DNA of 32,000 nt from Nitrosopumilus maritimus SCM1 (GCF_000018465.1 NC_010085.1:990001-1022000), one strand, 5' to 3'; numbered from the stretch's first letter, positions 17,003-27,165 are shown. Numbers and translations: made by a program. Notes: generated by a model from the letters alone, not told the origin.

Positions 17003-19818
17003 TTTTTAACTAATTTCTTTAGATATTTTCCAGTATAGCTTCCAGGAGCTTTTGCAATGTCTTTTGGGGTTCCTGTGGCAACAATTCTGCCACCCTCATC
17101 TCCACCTTCAGGACCCAAATCAATTATCCAATCAGAGTTTTTGATGACGTCCATATTGTGTTCAATTACTACAACAGTATTTCCAAGATTGGCCAGTCTG
17201 TTTAAGACATCCAGTAATTTTTGTACATCAGCAAAGTGGAGACCAGTTGTAGGCTCATCTAAGATGTACATGGTCTTTCCAGTTCCTCGTTTTGATAATT
17301 CTGAGGCTAGTTTCACTCTTTGAGCCTCACCACCAGATAGAGTTGTAGAAGATTGGCCTAATTTGATATATCCCAAACCAACATCGTAAATTGTTTGTAA
17401 TTTTCGTTTAATTGCAGGAATGTTTTCAAAAAAGTTTAGAGCTTCATACACAGTCATATCCAAAACATCTGAGATGTTTTTCCCTTTGTAAAGAACAGAC
17501 AATGTTTCAGAGTTGTAACGTTTTCCTTTACATTCATCACATTTTACATACACATCAGAAAGAAACTGCATCTCGATTTGTTTTACACCATCACCATCAC
17601 ATGCAAAACATCTTCCATCTGCAACATTAAATGAAAATTGTCCTGGAGCATATCCACGTTCTTTTGATAGTTCAGTATTTGCATACAATTCTCTAATGGG
17701 AGTAAATGCACCAATGTATGTTGCTGGATTTGAACGAGGTGTTCGTCCAATTGGAGATTGATCAATTGCAATGACTTTGTCTATATTCTCTAAACCAACA
17801 ATCTTTTTGTGAGTTCCAGGTTTGACATTAGATTTGTAAAAATGATTTTCTAATGCTTTTAGTAAAATGTCATTAATCAGAGTAGATTTTCCAGAGCCCG
17901 AAACACCAGTAATAGAAACAAAAAGTCCTAATGGAATTTCAACATCAATATCTTTGAGATTGTTTTCAGATGCCTTTTCTACAACAAGTGTTCCAGAATT
18001 ATTTCGAATTTTGTCTTGCAACATGATTAAAGAATTATCTTTAAGATAATCACCAGTTACAGATTTGTGACCATTGAGAATTTGGTTGACAGTTCCTTCA
18101 AAAACAACACTACCACCATTTACACCGGCTCCAGGTCCCAAATCAACCATCCAGTCTGAATTTCGTATAACTTCTTCGTCATGCTCCACTACAATAACAG
18201 TATTTCCCAAATTTCGTAGCTTATTTAGCGTTTTAATGAGTCGGGCATTATCTCTTTGGTGAAGACCGATAGTTGGTTCATCTAACACATACAAAACACC
18301 AGTAAGATTGGAACCAATTTGTGTAGCTAATCGAATTCTTTGAGATTCGCCACCAGATAATGTAGAACTTAATCTGTTTAGAGTAAGATAATTCAAACCA
18401 ACATTCATCAAAAACTCTAGTCGTTCTTTAATTTCCTTTAGAACATCTCTTGCAATGTATTGTTCATTTTCAGTTAGTTTTAGCGTAGAAAAGAAATCAT
18501 AACAATGGTCAATAGACAAATCACAGACATCCATGATTCCCTTATCATTGATTTTTACTGCAAGTGATTCAGGTTTGAGTTTTTTTCCATTACATCCATT
18601 ACAGGGAGTATCTCTCATGAATTGTTTTAACCATTCACGTTTTGATTCAGAATCAGTTTCCATAAAAACACGTTGAAGATTATCCAACACACCTTCAAAG
18701 GCATTAGTGTATTGCCATGAAGAATCGCCAGATTTTGAACGATAATTAAAATCAATTAGATCATCTGTTCCATACAAAATAATTTTGAGATGTTTTGGTT
18801 TTATTTTGTTAATTGGTGTCATCAAATCAAAGCCAAATTTTTTGCCTACTGCTCTTAATGCTTGTCTTCTAAAGGAAGAAAATCTTCCACTCCAAGGAAC
18901 AATTGCTCCATCCAAAATTGATTTTGTTTTATCTGGAATTACTAAATCAGGATCAAACTCCATTTTAACACCAAGGCCATTGCAATCTTTACACAAGCCA
19001 AATGGAGAGTTGAATGAAAAATTTCTTGGTTCCAATTCACCTACTGTTAATCCACAATAAGGACAAGCATTATTTTGAGAAAAGACTTTTTCAGATTTTT
19101 CTGATGCAACCATTACATCTCCTTTTGATGCCTTTATTGCAGTCTGAATAGCCTCAAACAATCTTGAGCGTTCAGATTTTTCAGTAGTTATTCTGTCAAC
19201 TACAATCTCAATATTGTGCCATTTTTGCCTGTCAAGTGGAGGAATTTCCTCATCTAGGCTCAAAATTTCTCCATTTAGGCGTATTCTAGAGTAACCGTCC
19301 TTTTTGATCTGCTCAAAGAGTTTCTCATAGGTTCCTTTCTTTCGCTGGATGATAGGAGACAGTATCAGAATCTTTTTGCCAGAAAATTCTCTTAGCACAG
19401 AATCACAAATGGTTTCAATTGATTGGGTAGAGATTTTTCTGCCACAATTAGTACAATATGGAATACCAATTCTAGCATAAAGTAATCTCATGTAATCATA
19501 AATTTCAGTGGTTGTTCCAACAGTAGAACGAGGGTTTTTACTAGTTGTTTTTTGTTGGATTGAAATTGCAGGAGATAATCCATCTATAGAGTCAACATCA
19601 GGTTTGTCCATCATCTCCAAGAACTGACGAGCATATGCTGAAAGGGATTCAACATATCGTCTTTGTCCTTCAGCATATATTGTATCAAATGCTAAAGTTG
19701 ATTTACCAGATCCAGACAGTCCACTAATTACAACTAGTTTGTTTTTTGGAATGTCAATGTCAATGTTTTTTAAATTATGATGACGTGCACCACGAATTTT
19801 TAATTTATTTTCGGTCAT
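16999..19818 (-). CDS. uvrA: Excinuclease ABC subunit A
   Basis: 939 aa. Two ABC-type modules: GLSGSGKSTLAFDTIYAEGQRRYVESLSAYARQF and GVSGSGKSTLINDIL, two signature motifs and zinc-finger cysteines (CPYCG, CFACDGDGV...CDEC). Confidence 0.98.
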   Translation of the reverse strand: MTENKLKIRGARHHNLKNIDIDIPKNKLVVISGLSGSGKSTLAFDTIYAEGQRRYVESLSAYARQFLEMMDKPDVDSIDGLSPAISIQQKTTSKNPRSTVGTTTEIYDYMRLLYARIGIPYCTNCGRKISTQSIETICDSVLREFSGKKILILSPIIQRKKGTYEKLFEQIKKDGYSRIRLNGEILSLDEEIPPLDRQKWHNIEIVVDRITTEKSERSRLFEAIQTAIKASKGDVMVASEKSEKVFSQNNACPYCGLTVGELEPRNFSFNSPFGLCKDCNGLGVKMEFDPDLVIPDKTKSILDGAIVPWSGRFSSFRRQALRAVGKKFGFDLMTPINKIKPKHLKIILYGTDDLIDFNYRSKSGDSSWQYTNAFEGVLDNLQRVFMETDSESKREWLKQFMRDTPCNGCNGKKLKPESLAVKINDKGIMDVCDLSIDHCYDFFSTLKLTENEQYIARDVLKEIKERLEFLMNVGLNYLTLNRLSSTLSGGESQRIRLATQIGSNLTGVLYVLDEPTIGLHQRDNARLIKTLNKLRNLGNTVIVVEHDEEVIRNSDWMVDLGPGAGVNGGSVVFEGTVNQILNGHKSVTGDYLKDNSLIMLQDKIRNNSGTLVVEKASENNLKDIDVEIPLGLFVSITGVSGSGKSTLINDILLKALENHFYKSNVKPGTHKKIVGLENIDKVIAIDQSPIGRTPRSNPATYIGAFTPIRELYANTELSKERGYAPGQFSFNVADGRCFACDGDGVKQIEMQFLSDVYVKCDECKGKRYNSETLSVLYKGKNISDVLDMTVYEALNFFENIPAIKRKLQTIYDVGLGYIKLGQSSTTLSGGEAQRVKLASELSKRGTGKTMYILDEPTTGLHFADVQKLLDVLNRLANLGNTVVVIEHNMDVIKNSDWIIDLGPEGGDEGGRIVATGTPKDIAKAPGSYTGKYLKKLVKK

Positions 19819-21766
19819 TTTTAATTTGAATCTCCTTTTCTAGTCTTTTTATTCTATCTCTGCATTCAATTGCACGTTCAAAATCCAAGTCTTCAGAATA
19901 TTTTTTCATTTGGGCTTCTAAATCAATAATATCAGTTGCAATGTCATGTGTTGATTTTAGTTTAGAGTCATCAAGTGTTGTGACTTGTTCTGGAACAGAT
20001 TTTATGATTGTCTTTGGAGTAATGTTGTTATCTTTGTTGTATTTCATTTGTTTTTCTCTACGACGTTTTGTTTCATTCATAGCATTTTTCATCGATTGAG
20101 TAACAGTATCAGCATACATGATTACATTTCCATTTTCGTTTCTTGCAGCCCTGCCAAATGTTTGAATCAAACTGGTAAAATTTCTCAAGAACCCTTCTTT
20201 GTCTGCATCCAATATTGCAACTAGAGAAACTTCAGGAATATCCAACCCCTCCCTAAGCAGATTAATTCCAACTAGAACATCAAACTCACCTAGCCGTAGT
20301 TGTCTGATTAGTTCTGTTCTTTGCAGCCCTTCAATTTCAGAGTGCATATATCGTACTCTGACTTGTTTTTTTGAGAGATATTCAGCCAAATCTTCAGCCA
20401 TTCTTTTAGTCAGAGTAGTTACCAAAACACGTTCAGAATTGGCTACTTTTTTGTTGATTTCCTCAATTAGATCATCCATCTGGTTTTTGGTAGGCCTAAT
20501 CTCAACTTCAGGATCTAATAGTCCTGTGGGGCGGACCAATTGTTCGGCAATTTGAGAGGAGATTTTCTTTTCATAATCAGCAGGAGTTGCAGACACAAAT
20601 ATGGTGTTTCGAACATATTCTTCAAATTCTTCAAATTTTAGTGGACGGTTATCATATGCACTTGGCAACCTAAATCCATATGTCACAAGTTCTTTTTTTC
20701 GCGAATGATCACCTTTGTACATTCCATGTAGTTGTGGCAATGTAACATGAGATTCATCAATTACCAATAGATAGTCATCTCCAAAGAAATCCATCAAACA
20801 AAATGCCTTTTGACCAGCTTTTCGTCCATCAAAATGTCTAGAATAGTTTTCAATACCAGAACAATATCCCAATTCTTCAATCATTTCTAAATCGTATTTT
20901 GTTCTCATCTCTAGTCTCTGTTTTTCTAATTCATTTAATTCAGGCAAACGTTTCTTGAGTTCATCTTTAATTGATTGGACTGCTTTTTTTCTAACATCTT
21001 TTGCAATAAGATAGTGTTTTGCAGGAAAAATTTTCATTTGATTAATCTTCTTTTTTTCTTTTAATGAAACATGATCAAGTACAGATATCTTTTCAACTTC
21101 ATCACCAAACATAGAGATTCTAACAAGATCTTCAGAGTATGCAGGAGTAATGTCAATGGTATCACCCTTTACTCTAAAGTTTCCAGGAGCAACTTCAGTA
21201 TCATTTCGCTCATATCTTGCATCAATTAATTGCCGAATCAATTCATTTCGTTTAATTTCATCACCAGCAGTTACTGTAATTGCCAAGTCTTCCCAATCTT
21301 GTGGATTTCCAAGAGAGTAGATGCAAGAAACAGTTGAGACGATTATTGTAGGTTCACCTGAAAGCAACATTGCAGTTGCCTCTAGTCGTAGCTTTTCAAT
21401 TTTTTCATTGACTTGAGTGTCTTTTTCAATGTAAGTATCAGTTTGAGGAAGATAACTTTCAGGCTGATAATAGTCATAGTATGAAACAAAATATCCAACA
21501 TTGTTTTTTGGGAAAAATTGTTTTAATTCTGAATACAGTTGGGCTGCAAGAGTTTTGTTATGAGAAATGACTAGAGTGTTTTTGCCAGTTCTTGCAATAA
21601 CATTTGCAACAGAAAATGTCTTACCGCTACCAGTTACACCCAACAAGGTTTGAACGGTTTTATCTTTGACACCCTTGACGAGTTGATCAATTGCTTGAGG
21701 CTGGTCACCTGTAGGGGCATATTCAGATGCTAATTCAAATTGAGTTATCTGTTCCAACAGGTACAA
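19805..21766 (-). CDS. uvrB: Excinuclease ABC subunit B
   Basis: 653 aa. PTGDQPQAIDQLVKG, GVTGSGKTFSVANVI, YYDYYQPESYLPQTDTYIEKD, GINLLREGLDIPEVSLVAILDADKEGFLR, and a C-terminal UVR motif. Confidence 0.98.
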   Translation of the reverse strand: MYLLEQITQFELASEYAPTGDQPQAIDQLVKGVKDKTVQTLLGVTGSGKTFSVANVIARTGKNTLVISHNKTLAAQLYSELKQFFPKNNVGYFVSYYDYYQPESYLPQTDTYIEKDTQVNEKIEKLRLEATAMLLSGEPTIIVSTVSCIYSLGNPQDWEDLAITVTAGDEIKRNELIRQLIDARYERNDTEVAPGNFRVKGDTIDITPAYSEDLVRISMFGDEVEKISVLDHVSLKEKKKINQMKIFPAKHYLIAKDVRKKAVQSIKDELKKRLPELNELEKQRLEMRTKYDLEMIEELGYCSGIENYSRHFDGRKAGQKAFCLMDFFGDDYLLVIDESHVTLPQLHGMYKGDHSRKKELVTYGFRLPSAYDNRPLKFEEFEEYVRNTIFVSATPADYEKKISSQIAEQLVRPTGLLDPEVEIRPTKNQMDDLIEEINKKVANSERVLVTTLTKRMAEDLAEYLSKKQVRVRYMHSEIEGLQRTELIRQLRLGEFDVLVGINLLREGLDIPEVSLVAILDADKEGFLRNFTSLIQTFGRAARNENGNVIMYADTVTQSMKNAMNETKRRREKQMKYNKDNNITPKTIIKSVPEQVTTLDDSKLKSTHDIATDIIDLEAQMKKYSEDLDFERAIECRDRIKRLEKEIQIKNDRK

Positions 21767-21806
21767 TTCCTAAAAACTGAATTTAAAGCAATGGTGATAT
21801 CAAAAA

Positions 21807-22457
21807 CTACCAGACAGGTTCATCAACCATTTTTAGGCCATCAGGAGTTTCCTCAAAACCCATAATTTTCAGAGTTTGTTTTGAAGTGGGAGACTTTCTT
21901 TCTAGAATTTTTTGTGCCAGAATTTGTCTTGAATCAGATCGTAATTGTTGCCCGATTTTGTATTTGCCTTTGATGGAAACAGGAATTACCTTGATAACTG
22001 CAACTTCATCGAGTACCAGATCATTATTTTGTATTGGAATGTAATTTCCCTCTGGCTGATATTTTTTCATCAATTCATTAAGACCAAATGCTTTTTCATC
22101 ATCATCTTCAACAAAAACTCCTTTTCCTTTGATAACTACACTGATGTACAAAGTATCAGCTTGTGATGCATCAGTAGGATGTGAAAAGTATGATGGGAGA
22201 AACTCCAATTCACGGTCTACTTCAAATCCAACCTTGTCATTTCTAGATATGTTGTCTAATTTCTCACCTCTAGTATAGGAATGCATGTAGATAGCATCAT
22301 TGGCAAATACAAAATTCATAGGAATAATCTGAGGATACCCATTCTCATCGATGCTTGCTATACGGCCAACATGTTCTTGAGAAAGAAATTCCTTTATCTT
22401 CTCATAAGATTTGATTTCAAGGCGTCCTACTAGTTTCAAATCGATTAGGATTTGCAA
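21807..22457 (-). CDS. Pyridoxamine 5'-phosphate oxidase-like FMN-binding split-barrel protein
   Basis: 216 aa: FLSQEHVGRIASIDENGYPQIIPMNFVFANDAIYMHSYTRGEKLDNISRNDKVGFEVD. Confidence 0.82.
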   Translation of the reverse strand: MQILIDLKLVGRLEIKSYEKIKEFLSQEHVGRIASIDENGYPQIIPMNFVFANDAIYMHSYTRGEKLDNISRNDKVGFEVDRELEFLPSYFSHPTDASQADTLYISVVIKGKGVFVEDDDEKAFGLNELMKKYQPEGNYIPIQNNDLVLDEVAVIKVIPVSIKGKYKIGQQLRSDSRQILAQKILERKSPTSKQTLKIMGFEETPDGLKMVDEPVW

Positions 22458-22487
22458 AGTGATCTAATAAACTAAATGTAGTAAAAT

Positions 22488-22718
22488 ATGCCAAAAAATA
22501 TGAAAGATCCATATCTTGATGAATTAAAAAATGATTTTAACAAATACTCAAATGATTTGAAAAAATTAAAAAAGAAACTTCTAAAGACTGATTCACCACA
22601 AGAACAAGAAAAAATTATCAAGCAGATAGATAATATCGCAAAACAAATGGAGAAAAATCAAAAACAATCTACAAAGGTTACTAAATCAAGGATTAGAGAG
22701 AGACGATTAAAAAAATAA
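22488..22718 (+). CDS. Small charged coiled-coil protein
   Basis: 76 aa: MPKNMKDPYLDELKNDFNKYSNDLKKLKKKLLKTDSPQEQEKIIKQIDNIAKQMEKNQKQS... Confidence 0.65.
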   Translation: MPKNMKDPYLDELKNDFNKYSNDLKKLKKKLLKTDSPQEQEKIIKQIDNIAKQMEKNQKQSTKVTKSRIRERRLKK

Positions 22719-22900
22719 CCTAATCTTCTTCTTCAAGTTCTTTTGCTAATGCCTGTACATCTAAAATCTTGCAAGACAATTCATTACATTCAACTTCATA
22801 TTGATTCATAGTACCAAATCACAAAAAATATCAAAAAAACAACAACGTCCTAAAACTTGACTTTATTCATTCAATTTTTTTATTAAATAAAATCACTTAA

Positions 22901-23344
22901 TTGAAGAGAAATCATATGGCAGTCATGGATGAGTTTGATGAAGAACGAGAAGAGGCTACGAATCAAGTATTAGATGTTCTTGAAGAATGGGGAGGAGAAT
23001 CAAAATTCATTTGGTTTCGAGAACTTCACAGAATTACAGATATCGACAAAGGATTGTTGAGAAACATTCTCAATGAATTAAAAAAATCAAGAGAAATCAA
23101 AGAAATGCATGGAACAAACAACAGGATTTTTTTCTGTTTGAGAAAATATTACATTAAATGCAGAGATGTTGAATTCAGATTCAAAGGAAAGGAAATTATG
23201 CTTAGAGATGGAAGTAAGACAAAGATTATTGCAGGTTCAACAAAAGCAACAGAACGCACTAGAAAGAGATTAGAAAAACAAAGAAACAAACGTAGAGCAA
23301 AATCATTTACAAAAGCAAAAAGTAAAAGACCTCACAAATCATAA
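22901..23344 (+). CDS. Putative winged-helix-like protein with basic C-terminus
   Basis: 147 aa: acidic N-terminus, HTH-like stretch (FRELHRITDIDKGLLRNILNELKKSREIKEM), basic tail (KATERTRKRLEKQRNKRRAKSFTKAKSKRPHKS). The start may be ATG at 22916. Confidence 0.72.
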   Translation: MKRNHMAVMDEFDEEREEATNQVLDVLEEWGGESKFIWFRELHRITDIDKGLLRNILNELKKSREIKEMHGTNNRIFFCLRKYYIKCRDVEFRFKGKEIMLRDGSKTKIIAGSTKATERTRKRLEKQRNKRRAKSFTKAKSKRPHKS

Positions 23345-23578
23345 AGAATCTTCTGCTTGTCTTTGTGCAAAATTAGATTCAGCACGTTTTAGTTTTGCAG
23401 ATTCAGCAACATCTTCAGTCATATCATAAAGTTGATGCAATTCCATATCAGGAACTAATGCATTCTCTTTTTCATCTTCTAGTTCTAGTTCTAAATTTGC
23501 CAAAATCTCAACATTCTCTTCTAAAATGTCAAGACATTTCTTTACAGATTCAGGAAGGTCATCGTCCATAATATTCAT
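23339..23578 (-). CDS. Small acidic helical protein
   Basis: 79 aa: MNIMDDDLPESVKKCLDILEENVEILANLELELEDEKENALVPDMELHQLYDMTEDVAESAKLKRAESNFAQRQAEDSL. Confidence 0.65.
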   Translation of the reverse strand: MNIMDDDLPESVKKCLDILEENVEILANLELELEDEKENALVPDMELHQLYDMTEDVAESAKLKRAESNFAQRQAEDSL

Positions 23579-23627
23579 GGAATGTGGTAAAGTAAATGAT
23601 TTTCTGTGTGTTAAAGGATAAAACGTC

Positions 23628-24734
23628 TTATTGTTTGGCTTTTTCTCTCAAGGCAGGCATTACATGGCTTGCAAATTTGTCAATAGAGCCAAAGTAATTC
23701 TTACCCCAGAATCTAATTACAAAGTGATTAACACCAGCATCCATGAATCTCTCAAATGTTGGAATGATGTCGTCAGGAGTTCCAACTGCAGTTGAAGAAC
23801 GTGCAACTGCTTCAGGAATCTTTGTTGCAGCTTCTCTCATCTTTACAATCCATTCTTGATTAGACATAGAATATTCTGTAAAGTATTTTACGAAATCAAA
23901 TCCTTCAATTTCTTTCAAGTTATGAACTCTCAAAACTTCAGGCTTGAATAGACTGACCTTTACTGCTTCTTTCATTCTTGCCCAGGATTCTTCTGCATCT
24001 TCAGAAAAGTATACATCGATATCAAGTGCATATTGGAAATTGTCTTTCTCTTCTTGTGTTCTGTTGTTTTCATCCATTGATTTTTTAATTTGAGCAGCAT
24101 GATCTTCGAAAAGTTCTGGAGTATAACCAATTGGTAGCCAACCATCACCAAGTTTTCCAGTTAATGCTAAAGTTCTCTTTCCACCAGAAGCCATGTAAGT
24201 TGGTGGATGTGGTTTTCTAATAGGAGGGGCTTGCAAACATGCACCTTCAAGTTTGTAATACTTTCCTTCATAATCTACAGTGTTATCTGGAGTTGATTTG
24301 TATAATGTATGAATAGTTTCAATTTGTTCTTCCCATTTTGATACTGGTTTTTCAAACGGAATGCAGAATTCTTTTAGATTTTGTGCTTCACCTGCACCAA
24401 TACCAAGAATGGCTCTACCTTTAGAAACTCTATCAAGTGTAATTGCAGCTAGTGCAATGTTTGAAGGATGTCTTCGGATTGCATCAGTTACACAAGTTCC
24501 AAGTTCTACATTGTTAGTAACTGCAGCAATTGCAGATAACATAACCCAAGGGTCTAGAACAATGGCATTCTTCCATTGTGGGACATTTGTGTGGTCCATG
24601 TAGAAAATAGAATCATAGCCGGTTTTATCAGCCAGCATACATGCTGTTAAGATTTGGTCCTCAGTATAACCGGCTCTTGCAACATTTAGGCCGTTTTGAA
24701 TACCAAATTTGAGTTTCTTATCAGTCAAGTACAT
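23628..24734 (-). CDS. LLM-class (F420/FMN-dependent) oxidoreductase, methylene-H4MPT reductase-like
   Basis: 368 aa: FGIQNGLNVARAGYTEDQILTACMLADKTGYDSIFYMDHT... and ALAAITLDRVSKGRAILGIGAGEAQNLKEFCIPFEKPVSKWEEQIETIHTLY. Confidence 0.87.
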   Translation of the reverse strand: MYLTDKKLKFGIQNGLNVARAGYTEDQILTACMLADKTGYDSIFYMDHTNVPQWKNAIVLDPWVMLSAIAAVTNNVELGTCVTDAIRRHPSNIALAAITLDRVSKGRAILGIGAGEAQNLKEFCIPFEKPVSKWEEQIETIHTLYKSTPDNTVDYEGKYYKLEGACLQAPPIRKPHPPTYMASGGKRTLALTGKLGDGWLPIGYTPELFEDHAAQIKKSMDENNRTQEEKDNFQYALDIDVYFSEDAEESWARMKEAVKVSLFKPEVLRVHNLKEIEGFDFVKYFTEYSMSNQEWIVKMREAATKIPEAVARSSTAVGTPDDIIPTFERFMDAGVNHFVIRFWGKNYFGSIDKFASHVMPALREKAKQ

Positions 24735-24828
24735 TTACGTCGAATCATTAGAATAAAAAGTTTAGTTCAGCTGCCAATTTCGCAGTTTATCAAGAAAATA
24801 GAAAAAAGGTAAAAAATTTGTGAATTTT

Positions 24829-25773
24829 TTACAAATTGCCTGCTTTGATATCCTCAAGACATTTTACAACGTCGTCTTTTGATATTGGAATTGGGTTTGG
24901 ATCCAAGTGTCCTTTATCAGTCATTACGACATCAGCAGCTTCAGAAACATCAGCTTTGAGTTCTAATTTATCAAATCCTAGTTTATCCATTGCTTCTTTG
25001 AATCTATCATAGAAGATTGATTTGTTATGTTTGTGAGCAACTGTGGTACAGGATGAAAGGGAGTAACCATGAGGTACACCTTCATTTGAGAACACATAGG
25101 ACAAAGCATGTCCAAGGGTTGTTGAACAATTACCAAATCCCATTCCAGATAACATTGAACCATAAGGATAGTTTTCTGGTTTGTCATTCATAATTGCATC
25201 ATAAAGAATCTCAAATGCTTGTTTACACAGAGTTCTAGTCAAGTCATTACCAAGTTTGCTATCATAGCCTTCGGTAGCTTGAGCACATGCATCACAGACA
25301 GAGTTTTTGATGACTTGTTCAGGAGTACCATCCATGAAATATGAATCGACTACTGCCATGTCAGCTAAGAATCTGTCTTCACGTAACAATTTCTTTTTAC
25401 CATCAAATTTGAGAACACAATAAGTTGTCATTTCAGCTCCAGTTCCAAATGTTGTTGGAATCAAGATTTTTTCAACACCAAAATCTTGTGCAGCGTATTT
25501 TACAACGTCCATAGAACTTCCACCACCTAATCCAATTAGGACTGAAGGTTTCTTTTCTTTGAATTCTGAAATCAAAGTATTGACATCGTCAATTGATGGT
25601 TCAGGTTTTACTTTGTCATACAGCATATAATCCTGAATTCCCATTTTTGCTAACCATTTATCAGAGAGCTCTGGTGGAACAGTTGTAACAACTAGGGCAT
25701 TTTTTGGATATTCTGTTTGACCAAGTGCGTCTTCTCCAAAGTTGATAACTTTTGGAATGCGTACTGTGTGCAT
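24829..25773 (-). CDS. Iron-containing (group III) alcohol dehydrogenase
   Basis: 314 aa: VLIGLGGGSSMDVVKYAAQDF, ILIPTTFGTGAEMTTYCVLKF, and GNCSTTLGHALSYVFSNEGVPHGYSLS (Fe-binding His region). Confidence 0.9.
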   Translation of the reverse strand: MHTVRIPKVINFGEDALGQTEYPKNALVVTTVPPELSDKWLAKMGIQDYMLYDKVKPEPSIDDVNTLISEFKEKKPSVLIGLGGGSSMDVVKYAAQDFGVEKILIPTTFGTGAEMTTYCVLKFDGKKKLLREDRFLADMAVVDSYFMDGTPEQVIKNSVCDACAQATEGYDSKLGNDLTRTLCKQAFEILYDAIMNDKPENYPYGSMLSGMGFGNCSTTLGHALSYVFSNEGVPHGYSLSSCTTVAHKHNKSIFYDRFKEAMDKLGFDKLELKADVSEAADVVMTDKGHLDPNPIPISKDDVVKCLEDIKAGNL

Positions 25774-25813
25774 AGTTCACCAGCGTCATTGATTATTATT
25801 ATATCTTGCATTA

Positions 25814-27103
25814 TTGAGAGAAAGTATGATCATTCAAAATTTCGAAGAGTTGGCAACAAATGACAAGAAAAAAGAATGTTTGGAGATTTTAGAATCAGGT
25901 CTTAGAGCAGCAAATCCTGAAAATATCATCTCAAAGTATGTGACACCTGAAAAAATCAAAATTAATGGCAAAATCATTGACATTACAAAATATTCCAACA
26001 TTTACTCTGTAGCATTTGGTAAAGCAGGGGATTCTATGACAAGAGCACTAAATGCAATAATTCCAGTAAAAAGTGGAATCATAGTAATCCCAAAGGGCTC
26101 AAAATCAATAATCAAAGGAAAGAAATTCCAAATTTTCAATTCTAGGCATCCTGAGCCTGATCAAACTAGCGTAAAAGCAGCAAAAGAGGTGATTAAATTT
26201 GTTCAAAACAAAAAAAGTGATGAATTAATAATTTTCCTGGTTTCTGGAGGAGGTTCATCACTTTTGGCCATGCCAAATGGAATAACATTAGATGACAAAA
26301 TCTTTGTTACAAAATTATTACTAAAGTCAGGGGCATCCATTCAAGAGTTCAACTGTGTACGAAAACATCTATCAAAAATCAAAGGTGGAAAATTAGTTGA
26401 AAATATGAAATGTGATGGCATAAGTTTGATAATGTCAGATGTTGAGGGAGATGACCTATCTTCTATTGCATCTGGTACAACATACATGGATAATACTACA
26501 TTTTCAGATGCATTAGAGATTTTAGAGAAATACAAACTAAAAAGAAAAACACCAATAGAGGTTTTACAGATTTTGGAAAAAGGAGTAGAAGATGAAAAAT
26601 TAGAAACTCCAAAAGAATCAAAGATTGAAAATCAAGTCATAGCAAACAATGAAAACTGTCTTAAAGCAATGGAGATAGAAGCAAAAAAGAAAGGATACAA
26701 AGTAAAAACATTACAAGTCTTTGGAGATATCAAAGAAGCAGTAACGAAAATTCTTGAAAATATTTCAGAAGACCAAAAGATGTGTTTGATTGTTGGAGGA
26801 GAAACAACAGTCAAAGTTTTAGGAAAAGGTATGGGAGGCAGAAATCAAGAATTAGTATTAAGAATTTTAAAGAATACTCAAAAATTCAAAAAATTAGTCA
26901 TTGCATCAATGGGGACTGATGGAATTGATGGAAATTCTGTTTTTGCAGGAGCAATTACTGAAAATCTCAAAGTAGACCTTGACACAATGAAAGAATTTCT
27001 AAAGAATAGTGATTCAGGGAGATTCTTTCAAAAGCAAAAAGGCAGTATAGTTACTGACTTTACACACACAAATCTCATGGATATAGGCGTGATTTTGAGG
27101 TAA
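25814..27103 (+). CDS. Glycerate 2-kinase / DUF4147-MOFRL family protein
   Basis: 429 aa: SVAFGKAGDSMTRAL, IPKGSK, NSRHPEPDQTSVKAAKEVI, LIIFLVSGGGSSLLAMPNGITLDDKI, and LIVGGETTVKVLGKGMGGRNQELVLRIL...GTDGIDGNSVFAGAI. Confidence 0.9.
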   Translation: MRESMIIQNFEELATNDKKKECLEILESGLRAANPENIISKYVTPEKIKINGKIIDITKYSNIYSVAFGKAGDSMTRALNAIIPVKSGIIVIPKGSKSIIKGKKFQIFNSRHPEPDQTSVKAAKEVIKFVQNKKSDELIIFLVSGGGSSLLAMPNGITLDDKIFVTKLLLKSGASIQEFNCVRKHLSKIKGGKLVENMKCDGISLIMSDVEGDDLSSIASGTTYMDNTTFSDALEILEKYKLKRKTPIEVLQILEKGVEDEKLETPKESKIENQVIANNENCLKAMEIEAKKKGYKVKTLQVFGDIKEAVTKILENISEDQKMCLIVGGETTVKVLGKGMGGRNQELVLRILKNTQKFKKLVIASMGTDGIDGNSVFAGAITENLKVDLDTMKEFLKNSDSGRFFQKQKGSIVTDFTHTNLMDIGVILR

Positions 27104-27165
27104 TTTTCAGGGTTTTGGCAACTGATCTTTTAATATCATAATGACGTATTTTATGCAGAATTACA

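Noticed and set aside
14566-20555. ORFs inside the cupredoxin and uvr genes (14566..14808, 16435..16668, 17057..17323, 17412..17630, 17583..17771, 17867..18049, 18074..18262, 18785..19060, 19985..20224, 20199..20555)
   Set aside because: Overlap strongly supported genes and read as shadow translations.
24829-27103. Fe-alcohol dehydrogenase and glycerate kinase as a single metabolic operon
   Set aside because: They are divergently transcribed with only about 40 nt between them; shared regulation is possible but there is no operon.
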